From an uncultured delta proteobacterium (GTDB lineage: Bacteria > Desulfobacterota > Syntrophobacteria > Syntrophobacterales > Syntrophobacteraceae): 64,000 nucleotides of DNA. Shown one piece after another: positions 30,591 to 41,040 of the stretch. The stretch lies in contig CAWEHK010000051.1 in assembly GCA_963808625.1 (NCBI GenBank), positions 97,425-161,424 on the forward strand. The letters are read 5' to 3'. A model generated the notes under the pieces. That model ran no database searches. It saw nothing but the letters and a program-made list of their open reading frames with translations, and was not told the origin of the DNA. The position numbers and the translations under genes are program-made. Each line of letters opens with the position of its first letter. Position 1 is the first letter of the stretch.

Positions 30591-32899
30591 TCAGGCCTCC
30601 GATGATGTGGGGTTGTTTTCTGAGATTGCCTTCCCTTGGTATTTGCAGGATGGGTTGATGCAAACCAATTTCTGATGACCTTTGCTGCCCTGCTTTTCAA
30701 GGAGCACCGGAGCCCCGCAGCCCGGACAAGCTTTTCGTGACGAGTTTTCCCCAGATCGCCGTTTTGCATGCGGGATAGCTGGTTACAGCCGAAAAAGCGC
30801 CGCCCGGTATTGCTGACCCGTTCAGTCAACTGGCCGCTGCACCCTTCACGCGGACAGGGAATCCCGGTGCTTAGGGAACGGGTGTTCTTGCATTCAGGAT
30901 AGCCACTGCAGGCCAGAAACACTCCGAATCGCCCTCTCTTCTGGACCATGGGCCGTCCACATTTATCGCAGGTTTCACCCGAAGGCTCATCTTCCTCCAG
31001 AACCCGGACTTTGCCCTTCTCATCCCGTTCATAGTTTGCCGAAAAAGAACAGTCAGGATAGCCACTGCAGGCTAGAAACGGGCCATTACGGCTCCACCTG
31101 ATCTGGAGACGGCGACCGCACTTGGGGCAGCTCAGCTCTGTCGGCCAGCCGACGCCTTTCATATTCAACATATTACTCTGAGCGCTCTGCAAGGTCCCCG
31201 AGAACTGTTGGTAGAATTCATCCAGCAGCTTCAGATAAGGATAGTGGCCTTGTTCAATTTGATCCAGGCTTTGCTCCATCTTGGCGGTAAACTCACTATC
31301 GACAATGTTGGGAAAGTTTTGTACCAGCAGCCCGTTGATGATCCACCCCAATTCGGTCGGCTGGAGTCGCTGCTTCTGCACGGTAACGTATTCCCTTTCC
31401 TGGATCGTCGAAAGAATCGTGGCATAGGTGCTGGGTCGGCCTATCCCCAGCTCTTCGAGCTCCTTGATGAGACTTGCCTCGGAGAAGCGCGGCGGCGGTT
31501 GCGTGAAATGCTGCTTGGGTTTGAGCTCAAGCAGCGCGAGCGATTGCCCTTCGTGCAGTTCCGGCAGCAGGGTTTCACCGTTTTTCCCGATGTCTCCATC
31601 GTCCTGCCCCTCCACGTAGAGGACCATGAATCCCGGGAATTCCACCACCGACCCTATAGCGCGAAATAGATATTCGCCGGCGATGATCTCGATACTCTTT
31701 TGCGCAATCACGGCAGGCGCCATCTGGGAAGCAACAAATCTTTTCCAGATAAGGGTATACAGATTCAACTGCTCCTTGCTCAAATACGGAGCAACCTTTT
31801 CCGGAGTTCGCTTCACGTCAGTCGGGCGAATCGCTTCATGGGCGTCCTGAGCCCCTGCCCTGGCCTTGTAGAAAACCGGTTTTCCCGGAAGGTATGCGGC
31901 CGGCCACGTTGCCGCAATGTGCGCTCTTGCCGCCTGGACCGCATCCGCCGACAAGCGGGTGGAATCGGTCCGCATGTAGGTGATGAGGCCGACCGCTCCC
32001 TCATTCCCGAGATCAATCCCTTCATACAGTTTTTGTGCCGTCCGCATGGTCTGTTTGGCCGAGAAACGCAAACGCCGTGCAGCTTCCTGCTGCAGCGTGC
32101 TGGTGATGAAGGGGGGGCAGGGTTCTTACGCCGTTTTTTGAGGTCTATCTTGCTTACGCGATAAGTAAGAGGACGGAGGACTTGCACCAGATTGGCTGCT
32201 TCCTCCGCTGAAGAAATCGACGCATTTCTTCTTTCGGCAACGCCAGAGATGCGCGGTGAAACGGTCCTGCCCATCACTTTCACGCTTGCCGTTGAGGGCC
32301 GCCGTCAACAGGTCGGCATCGATCGTCCAGTATTCCTCGGAGCTAAAATCCTGGATCTCCTTTTCCCGCTCACAGATCAATCGCAAGGCCACGGACTGGA
32401 CCCGCCCGGCGCTCAGACCTCGTTTCACTTTTTGCCAGAGGATAGGAGAGATCTGGTAGCCGACCAGGCGATCGAGGATGCGCCTGGCCTGCTGCGCTTC
32501 GTAGCGCTCTTGATTGAGCTCCCTCGGATGAGCCAGTGCTTCTTGTATGGCTTTCTGGGTGAGCTCATAGAAGAGCACCCGATGGACAGGCTTCTTCTCC
32601 GCATGGATTTCCTCTGCGATATGCCAGGCAATCGCCTCCCCCTCGCGGTCCGGGTCCGGACCGAGATAGATGGCATTGGCTTTCGCCGCGGCTGCAGCCA
32701 ACTCAGCGATGATTTTCTTCTTCCCTCTAATGACCTGATAGTCTGCCCGGAAATCGTTTTCGAGATCGATTCCCAGTCTATTTTTGGGAAGGTCTTTGAT
32801 ATGACCCACGGAAGCCTTGACCACAAAGTCGTTCCCCAGATAACGTCCAAGGGTTTTCGCTTTGGTGGGAGACTCGACGATTAGCAACGACTTAGCCAT
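30591..32899 (-). CDS. topA: DNA topoisomerase I (frameshifts near 32110 and 30770, artefacts)
   Basis: IVESPTKAK, DPDREGEAI, SAGRVQS, ITYMRTDS, GIGRPSTYA, C-terminal Zn ribbons. Confidence 0.95.
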
Positions 32900-32903
32900 C
32901 AAG

Positions 32904-34013
32904 CTATCCTTTACACACAAAATATTTACCGGGCAGTTGCCGGACTGCGCCCTTCAATTCCAGCGCCAGGAGTATAGCCATAACCTGCGATGCCGGCCAC
33001 TGCAACGAGCGACATATCTCATCGATATGCCGGGGATGCAGGTCCAGGGATCTGGAGTAAGGTGGCTTCCTCCGGGGTGGCATTCTTGGCAGCCTGCAGC
33101 ATCTTCGGCCTGAGCTTTGGGCACCCAGCTCGGGCGAATCAGAGGTCGGACCTCTTCCAGGATATCTTCTGCACTTTCGACCAGTTTCGCCCCCTGCTTC
33201 AGGAGGCGATGCGGACCGACACTGCGGTAATTGCGGGCCATCCCGGGAACGGCGAAGACCTCCCTTCCCTGCTCCAGAGCCAGGCGGGCCGTAATCAAGG
33301 AGCCGCTGCGATGGGCCGCCTCGACGACCACCACGCCGAGAGCCAGGCCGCTGATGATCCGGTTGCGCATGGGAAAATGACCCGGAGCAGGCGGCGTCCC
33401 CAGGGGAAATTCTGTGAGGATGGCCCCCGATTCGGACATTTCTCTGCGCAGTTTGGCATTCCCTCGAGGATAATCCACATCCAGGCCGCAGCCAAGCACT
33501 GCCAGGGTCCGCCCGCGCGCCTTGAGGGCCCCGCGATGGGCGGCACTGTCGATACCGACGGCAAGGCCGCTGACAATCGTCACCCCCGCTTGCACGAGAT
33601 CACCGCAGAGCTGTTCCGTAAAGATCATTCCCATCGGAGAAGCAGCCCGCGACCCAACCACCGCAATCGAGACGAGATCTCTTGCCGCCAGCGTTCCTCT
33701 CACAAAAAGCACCGCCGGAGGGTCCGGTATTGCCGCAAGGTTCGCGGGGTACTGCGGATCATTTAAGCACAGCAGGTCAATTCCCTCTTTTTGAAGCTTT
33801 ATCCACTCGGCTTCGGGGGAACGAATCATGGTTTTCTTGATCAGGGCAAGCCGCGCGTTCTCTTTGAGTCCCGGAACGGCCGCAAGGTCTCCGGCTCCGG
33901 CTCGCAGGATCGCTGACGGCGTTTGAAAGTGTCGCAGCAGGCGAAGCAGCGAACGATTCCCCAATTCGGGAATCAGTTTCAAAGCCCAGCCAGGCAATTC
34001 GCTCTTCATCCAT
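32904..34013 (-). CDS. dprA: DNA-processing protein DprA (frameshifts at both ends)
   Basis: AVVGSR, IVSGLAVGIDSAAH, FPMRNRIISG, SGSLITA; C-terminal LELKGAVRQLPG; upstream of topA. Confidence 0.93.
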
Positions 34014-34203
34014 CCTCGATGATCCATCTTTGGAATCCCGGGAGTTTCCTGTCCCCAGTCAGTTTATCGGAAACCGCTCAACTTCCCCAAAATGCGTTAT
34101 ATCCCCTTGTGCCGGTGACCTGTTGGATGATAAGTACAGGCACGCTCAGTATTTGTCAAACTGATGATGAGTCTTAAAGACTGAACGACCTGGAGGTAAC
34201 TCC

Positions 34204-35472
34204 TTGAGCACGACCTTTCAGCCACTTAAACCGGAACTTCTTGCCCCAGCGGGAAGTCTCGAGAAATGCCGCATTGCTTTTCTCTACGGTGCGGACGCCG
34301 TGTACGCCGGGGGGAAAGAGTACAATCTCAGGAGCTATGCCGGAAACCTCGATTCTGAAGAACTGGCCGAAGCCTGTTACCTTGCTCACTGCCTGGGGAA
34401 GAAATTGTACGTCACGGTTAATGCCTTTGCCAGAGAACGAGACCTCGGGACTCTGCCCGGTTACTTGCAGTACCTGCAGGAGATCGGCGCCGACGGCATC
34501 ATCGTCAGCGACCCGGCCGTTCTGCTTCTTGCAAAACGCTGGGCGCCCGCGGTTCCTCTCCATTTGAGCACGCAGGCAAATACCATCAACTCCCTCAGCG
34601 TCCACTTCTGGCAAAGCCAGGGAATTTGCCGGATCAACCTGGCCCGGGAACTCACCTTCGAAGAGCTGGTGGAAATTCGAAAAATCGCCCGCATCGAGCT
34701 CGAAGTATTCGTTCACGGGGCGATGTGTATTTCCTATTCCGGACGCTGCCTGCTCAGCGGCTTCCTCAGCCGGCGGAGCGCCAACAGCGGCCTTTGCACC
34801 CAGCCTTGCCGCTGGTCCTACAGCCTGGTCGAAGAAAAGCGACCGGGAGAATATTTCCCCATCCGGGAAGACTCACGAGGGTCCTACATCTTTAACTCCA
34901 AGGACCTCTGCCTCTTGGAACATCTCGGAGACTTAATGGCGATTGGTGTGCACGCCTTCAAGATTGAAGGGCGAATGAAGGGTGCCCTCTATCTCGCCAG
35001 CGTCATCCGTACTTACCGACAAGCCATTGACATGTACTGGGAAGCCCCGAAGACCTTTAGAGTCGAGCAGCGGTGGCGGGAAGATCTTGCCTGGATGAGT
35101 CATCGTCCTTACACCAGCGGTCTGCTTTTCGATGAATCCGCCGCATGCCAGGGTGTCGAAACCGCAACCGGTTATATCCAGACCCATACCCTGGCAGGGA
35201 TTGTCAGGCCGGCACCCCACAGCCGCTGGGAAACGTCATTAAGCCCCCACAACGAGGGGAAGGATTGGACCTGCATCGAGGTTCGAAGCCGCCTCGCTCC
35301 TGGAATGGAACTGCATTTTCTGGGCACCGACGGCTCTACCACGATCCATATCCTTGGGGATTTTCAGGACTTATCGGGAAATCCATTGCCCGTTGCCCAC
35401 CCCAACACCTGGGTTCGCCTCCGCCTCACTTTTCGAACCTTCCCCCAGCAGGTCATCCGAACCTTGCGGTAA
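34204..35472 (+). CDS. Peptidase U32 family Fe-S protein (TrhP/YegQ-like tRNA hydroxylation)
   Basis: PELLAPAG, YGADAVY, HLSTQAN, VHGAMCISYSGRC, CTQPCRW, KIEGRMK. Confidence 0.9.
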   Translation: MSTTFQPLKPELLAPAGSLEKCRIAFLYGADAVYAGGKEYNLRSYAGNLDSEELAEACYLAHCLGKKLYVTVNAFARERDLGTLPGYLQYLQEIGADGIIVSDPAVLLLAKRWAPAVPLHLSTQANTINSLSVHFWQSQGICRINLARELTFEELVEIRKIARIELEVFVHGAMCISYSGRCLLSGFLSRRSANSGLCTQPCRWSYSLVEEKRPGEYFPIREDSRGSYIFNSKDLCLLEHLGDLMAIGVHAFKIEGRMKGALYLASVIRTYRQAIDMYWEAPKTFRVEQRWREDLAWMSHRPYTSGLLFDESAACQGVETATGYIQTHTLAGIVRPAPHSRWETSLSPHNEGKDWTCIEVRSRLAPGMELHFLGTDGSTTIHILGDFQDLSGNPLPVAHPNTWVRLRLTFRTFPQQVIRTLR

Positions 35473-35482
35473 CAGGCCGCGT

Positions 35483-35656
35483 TCAGCCCAGCTTCAAGCT
35501 CACCCGGTCACAAAGCACGAGGCAGTAGCTCCGGCAGAGACTGCACCGGTAGTGCTTGCTCTTTGGCAAATACCGCATCCAGGGCTTCCGCTCGATGCGC
35601 CTCATCTTGAGACCTTTACAATTTGGGCAAGCCTTTCTGAAAACCACTCGTGCCAT
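35483..35656 (-). CDS. Small basic Cys-rich (zinc-ribbon-like) protein
   Basis: CPNC...YRCSLC pair; GGAG RBS. Confidence 0.45.
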   Translation of the reverse strand: MARVVFRKACPNCKGLKMRRIERKPWMRYLPKSKHYRCSLCRSYCLVLCDRVSLKLG

Positions 35657-35778
35657 ATCGATCTCATCTCCACATTTCTCGTCACCCATTTTTTCTATTG
35701 CGTCAAGGGGCCAGGGTTAGTGTAATAGCAATGAGAACCTAAAACTGTTGTTCAACCTTTTTGTTATGGAGACCATGT

Positions 35779-36597
35779 ATGTTTAAAGACCTCAAGATTG
35801 GGTTCCTTGGCGGCGGGAATATGGGAGAAGCAATGATCAAAGGGCTGATCGTAGCTTCGCTCGTTGTGCCTGATCAAATTCACGTCTTTGATGTCAGCAC
35901 TCCGCGAATGCAATACCTGAAAAGCCAGTACCTGGTTCAACTCAGCCACGACGCTGAGCACCTGGCAAAATCAAGCCAATTGCTTATTCTTGCCGTTAAA
36001 CCACAGGTGATGCCGGTCGCCCAGAAAGCACTCCACCCGCACCTTTCCCATCAACCCCTCGTAATTTCCATTGCCGCAGGGATTCCCATTGGCATGCTAA
36101 GCCAAGGGCTTCCTCCGGAAACACGCATCATTCGGGTGATGCCCAATGCCCCAGCCCTGGTCCTGCAAGGAGCTTCCGCTCTCGCACGCGGTCCAGGAGT
36201 TGCCGATGAGGACATGGCGCAAGCTCTGGCACTGTTTCGGGCCATCGGCAAAGCCATCGAGGTCGACGAGAGCATGCTGGATGCCGTTACCGGTTTGAGC
36301 GGCAGTGGCCCGGGATACTTCCTGCTCGTTCTCGAGAGTCTTATCGATGCCGGAGTGCTCATGGGACTTCCCCGGCCGATCGCCCGGGAACTCGTTTTGC
36401 AGACGGCGGTGGGAACGGCAAAAATGGCCCAGGAGATGGAAAAGCACCCGGCCGAACTGAAGGACCTCATCACTTCACCCGGTGGTACAACAATCAGGGG
36501 TCTGCAAGTCCTCGAAGATCGGGGGGTCCGCGGCGCCTTTCTTGGCGCCGTCGAGGCCGCTACCGTGCGCTCGATGGAACTGGGGAAGAAAAAGTAG
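35779..36597 (+). CDS. proC: Pyrroline-5-carboxylate reductase
   Basis: GFLGGGNMG, LAVKPQ, RVMPN, TGLSGSGP, TSPGGTT. Confidence 0.96.
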   Translation: MFKDLKIGFLGGGNMGEAMIKGLIVASLVVPDQIHVFDVSTPRMQYLKSQYLVQLSHDAEHLAKSSQLLILAVKPQVMPVAQKALHPHLSHQPLVISIAAGIPIGMLSQGLPPETRIIRVMPNAPALVLQGASALARGPGVADEDMAQALALFRAIGKAIEVDESMLDAVTGLSGSGPGYFLLVLESLIDAGVLMGLPRPIARELVLQTAVGTAKMAQEMEKHPAELKDLITSPGGTTIRGLQVLEDRGVRGAFLGAVEAATVRSMELGKKK

Positions 36598-36917
36598 GGA
36601 GTAGGCAGTAGGCAGTAGGGAGAAGAAAGCAGTAAGGAGTAGGCAGTAGGCAATCGGGAGAAAAGAACATTAAGGAGCAGGGAGTTGGCAGTAAGAAGCA
36701 GATAGGGAGTTCTCTTCTTTTCATTTGCCCACAGCTCATCAGAAGCCGCACTCCGACTTTTTGCACTCCTTGCTTCCTACCCCTTGCTCCTTAATCCGCA
36801 CCGCATCTTCCCTGCGGCTTACTTTCTACTCCTAACTTGCCTACTGCTTACTCCTTACTCCCTACTCCTTACTGCCTACTCCCTACTCCTTACTCCTTAC
36901 TCCTTACTCCTTACTCC
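36594..36917. repeat. Inverted heptamer arrays (GTAGGCA/GTAGGGA/GTAAGGA ... TACTCCT/TACTGCC)
   Basis: Degenerate 7-mer tandem repeats in opposite orientation between convergent proC and photolyase. Confidence 0.8.
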
Positions 36918-38387
36918 CTGCTCCTCGAGTAATGCTGGAGGTACTCCTCGACCCTGACTTTGCGCATGGTTCTGGCGGAGCTCATGGTGCGTATCTTTCC
37001 AAAGACCGGACGCTGAGGAAACCAGGGTCGGTCGTAGCGACCGAGGACCCAGAAGATACCGGAGTAGGAATTCGGGTCGCGGCCATCCAGAGCATACTTG
37101 TTATTGAGCTCGATCATGACTGCCAGGGCGTCCTGAGGAGACGGCGACCACTCCAGGATCTTCTTCCCCCATAGCATTCTCAGGTAGTTGTGCATCCGTC
37201 CTTCCTGCAGAAGTTGCCGCTGGGCCGCATTCCACAGCGGATCATGGGTGCCCGCAGCTTCAAATTCATCGAGTGTGTACCGATACGGGCGAAGATCTCC
37301 GGCGTGATCAAGGAGGTCCTTCAGGGCCCACCCCGGAAGCGACCCGAACTGATCGTAATCATCCCTCTTAGAACACATGTTGAACCCAAGCTCACGCCAG
37401 GTAATCAGTTGATCGAGAAAAGCTTCGGCGCCGTCACTCATTCCCCACCAGCCGACACGCTTTCCTGTGGCATTTACACTCAAACGGTCACGAGTCCATT
37501 CTTCGCGTTCAATCAGTTCGGCCACCACCTGGTGCACGGAAATGTGACCGAAGTGAAGATAGGGAGAGAGACCACTGGCACCGTCATCATCCGGATGGTT
37601 CCGCACCATGTGATAGGGATGCAGCTTTTCTCTGAGAAAGACGCGGAGCGTGTTTCGGGCAGCCTGGGAGCCGCCGGGTGCCGGTGCTGCCTGGACTTGG
37701 TGGCTGATCGGAAGGACGCTCAAGCCTTCCGGAATGGCATTCAAAATACCGTCTGCTGCCGGCCCCCAGTGCGCCGTTATCGGCTCGGGAATGGCGGCCA
37801 AAGGGGGTAGGGACACCCCGGCCAGGGGGTCCTCTACGGGGAGTTGATCGAGGTGCTCGGGCAGGTTTTTTTGCAGAAACCTTCGAAACGAAAACGCCGT
37901 TGTAAAGACCCGGTCGACAGCGCGCAGAGGGAGCATGCCATTGGAATCCACAACTTCGAGCTTCACCTTCAGGGCCCTTGCGGCAGCCGCGACCATCCTT
38001 GGCAGGAAAAAGGCCGGGCAATCATCGGCAACGACAAGGCAGGCATAGGAACTGAGCTTTTCCAGTAAACCCTTTCCCTCGCCCTTCCTCGTTTCGACGA
38101 AGGGAAAATAGAACACACAGGTCTCGTCAAACTGCCTCCGGTTGTCTCTCATGCCCTCCAGGATGAAGCTGTGAAGCCGGTCGCTCGCCCACGGATAATC
38201 ACAGCGCAAAGCCTCCAGAATGACCAGGGGCTTTCCCAGTTCTTTTGCCCACTCGACCGCCCGCTGCAAGCTGAAGTTCCAGTCTTTTCGGCGAAAAGCG
38301 GTCATCCAGTAAAGCACAAAATACACCCCCGGCATTCACCGGGATACTGTTGGCTTCCGAGATACGAATTGAGGGGACCCTCTGCAA
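36911..38387 (-). CDS. phr: Class II CPD photolyase (frameshift near the 5' end)
   Basis: [53 protein letters not shown]. Confidence 0.9.
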
Positions 38388-38432
38388 ACTCGACTCCCTA
38401 GTTCACTGATCACTGATCACTGACCACTGTCT

Positions 38433-39273
38433 TCACCTGGCCACGAGTTTGATCTCAAAGAGTTTTGGCCATAGCTTACCGGTGACGAAGATGCGGTCGC
38501 GGGCCGCATCGTAGGCGATGCCGTTCAGCGTTTCTGCCTTTTGGACGGGGCCGAGGGCCTTCCGCAGCGAAGAAAGTTCGATCCATCCGCGCACCTTTCC
38601 GTTTTCCGGTGAGATGATGGCGATCGTGTCGCTCCCCCAGATATTCGCAAATATTTCACCCTTAATATACTCCAATTCATTCAGGTTGCGGACAGGGGTG
38701 CCGTGATCAAGCACCTCGATTCGCCCCGTTTCTTCATAGGATTCCGGATCGAGAACGCGCAACACGGCGCTGCCGTCACTCATGATCAGCGACTTACCGT
38801 CATGCGTGATCCCCCAACCTTCATTTTCGTAACGGAACTCCTCCAGCTTTTGGAAGCTGTCCTTCTCATAAACGAAGCCGATTCCCGATCGCCAGGTCAA
38901 CTGGATCAACTTGCCTCGCCACAGGGTCAGACCCTCACCAAAATACTGCCGTCGGGAGCGTTTGATTTTTCAAGACCTCCCCCGTCTCAAGATCGACCTT
39001 CCGCAGGGTGGAACTCGTTTGATAGGTCCCGGTGCTTTCGTAAAGGCAACCATCAGAAAAGATCAGTCCCTGGGTAAAGGCTTCCGGATCGTGGGGATAA
39101 GTCTTGACAATCGTGATGTCATAATGAGTCGCCCTGCCGGGGAGTGCTTCGCCTTGCCGAACCGTGGCGCTGTCACCAGCCGGCAAGTCCTCAGCAGAGC
39201 AGCTCGCGGGCTCAAAGCATGCCAACAAAAGACAAACGACAACACTCACCAATACCGCCGTGATCGATCCCAT
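38433..39273 (-). CDS. Glutaminyl-peptide cyclotransferase (frameshift near 38935)
   Basis: YPHDPEAFTQGL, ESTG, QLTW, EGWGIT, MSDGS, NLNELE, LNGIAYD, VTGKLWP. Confidence 0.9.
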
Positions 39274-39293
39274 CCGATTAACCTTCAGTGGCG

Positions 39294-39540
39294 CTTGGCT
39301 CTTGGCTCTTGGCGCTTGGCTCTTGGCGCTGGTTCCTGGTTCCTGGTTCTTCTCGTTTGACTGCCGAGCAGTGCAATTCCGCGCGTCACGATGAACGGTA
39401 GAATAATACTAAAGGTTATCCGAGTTCTCCATTCGTTGCCCCCTTACTCTACACTCACTACCCAGCACCCAGCACTCACAAACCAGCACTCGCTACTCAT
39501 CACTCATCACTCGTCACTCGTCACTCACTCTTCACTCTTC
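39294..39540. repeat. Heptamer tandem repeats (CTTGGCT/CTGGTTC and ACTCATC/ACTCGTC/ACCCAGC)
   Basis: Visible 7-nt periodicity at 39294-39350 and 39450-39540. Confidence 0.7.
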
Positions 39541-39541
39541 C

Positions 39542-40852
39542 CTATTCTCCCCGGCCCACACTGTGATAGCGAAATCCCTTCTCCCTCACCATGCTTGCCG
39601 GGTACACGTTGCGAAGATCGATGAATATTGGTTCCTTCAGCAAGGTTTTGACGCGATCGAGGTCAAGAGCACGATACTCGTTCCATTCGGTCATGAGGAT
39701 CAAGGCATCGGCCCCTTCGCAGGCCTCGTAGGCACTGTTGCAGTACTTGACATCCGGCAGCGCCCGGGCGGCTTCTCTCATAGCCGCCGGATCATGAGCG
39801 CGGACCACGGCCCCGTGCTCGAGCAGCGTGGAAATGATGGTGAGCGCAGGAGCATCCCGGATGTCATCGGTTTCCGGCTTGAAAGCAAGCCCGAGCACGG
39901 CGAGCGTTTTCCCGGCTTCCGAGCCCCCCAGAGCGATCCTGATCTTTCTTGCCATGCGGGCCTTTTGCGCCGCGTTGACTTCAATGACCGCCTCGACGAT
40001 TCGGCAGGCAACTCCGTGTTCCTGGGCAATACGCAGCAGGGCATGGGTGTCCTTGGGAAAACATGACCCCCCGTAACCCGGCCCCGCGTGCAGGAACTTT
40101 TTGCCGATTCGGCCATCCAACCCCATTCCTCGGGCCACATCCTGAACATTTGCCCCGATTTCCTCGCAGATATTCGCCAGTTCATTGACAAAGCTGATCT
40201 TCGTTGCCAGGAAGGCATTGGCCGCATATTTGATCAATTCGGAGGTCTCGATGCCGGTGATCACAAACGGCGTCTCGAGGAGATACAGGGGGCGGTAAAT
40301 GGCTTTGAGGACCTCTTCGGCCATCGCCGAGTCCACGCCGATAACGACCCTGTCTGGGTGCATGAAGTCGCGGATGGCGGCCCCCTCTCGCAAGAATTCG
40401 GGATTACTGGCCACATCAAAAGCGGCTTCCGGATTCGCTGCAGAGATGATGCGCGCAACCTGGCGGGCGGTACCGACCGGCACCGTGCTCTTGTTGACGA
40501 CGACGGTGTAATCTCGAAGAAAAGGGGCCAGTTGCTGCACTGCCTCGTACACGTAGCTGAGATCGGCATAGCCGTCGCCCCGTCGGGACGCAGGGGTTCC
40601 GACGGCAATGAATATCACCTCCGCTTCCGGGACCCCGGGGCTGAACTCAGTGGAAAAGACAAGGCGCCCGGCCTTCACATTCTTCTGAACCAGAAACTCG
40701 AGGCCCGGTTCATAGATAGGAATCTCACCCTGTTTCAGGACGCTGATCTTCGCTTCATCCTTGTCGATACACGTAACTTCATGACCGAACTCCGCGAAAC
40801 AAGCCCCGCTGACCAATCCCACGTAACCGGTTCCGATAATAGCGATTTTCAT
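39542..40852 (-). CDS. ugd: UDP-glucose 6-dehydrogenase
   Basis: GTGYVGL, KSTVPVGT, SNPEFLREG, GYGGSCFPKD, FKPETDD.R. Confidence 0.95.
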   Translation of the reverse strand: MKIAIIGTGYVGLVSGACFAEFGHEVTCIDKDEAKISVLKQGEIPIYEPGLEFLVQKNVKAGRLVFSTEFSPGVPEAEVIFIAVGTPASRRGDGYADLSYVYEAVQQLAPFLRDYTVVVNKSTVPVGTARQVARIISAANPEAAFDVASNPEFLREGAAIRDFMHPDRVVIGVDSAMAEEVLKAIYRPLYLLETPFVITGIETSELIKYAANAFLATKISFVNELANICEEIGANVQDVARGMGLDGRIGKKFLHAGPGYGGSCFPKDTHALLRIAQEHGVACRIVEAVIEVNAAQKARMARKIRIALGGSEAGKTLAVLGLAFKPETDDIRDAPALTIISTLLEHGAVVRAHDPAAMREAARALPDVKYCNSAYEACEGADALILMTEWNEYRALDLDRVKTLLKEPIFIDLRNVYPASMVREKGFRYHSVGRGE

Positions 40853-41040
40853 AACGTCATCTTCCCCTTATGAAAGTTGTCATCGACGGCGAATGCGACT
40901 CTATCAGCTATTCGATTCCCTTACAAGACCGTGCACACACCACCCAAAAGATCATGATAGCTCTTTGCTTTCCCCTGTTAATGGTGGATAATAGTAGAAA
41001 ATTGCGCTGAAACGAAAGCAGATCACTTGAGGATAGATAT

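Noticed and set aside
28974..34013. Apparent pseudogenisation of rsmE, pilD, topA and dprA (and many other genes)
   Set aside because: Motifs stay intact across small frame breaks in conserved or essential genes throughout the window; best explained by long-read indel errors
36594..36917. CRISPR array
   Set aside because: Short degenerate 7-mers without unique spacers; no cas genes in the window
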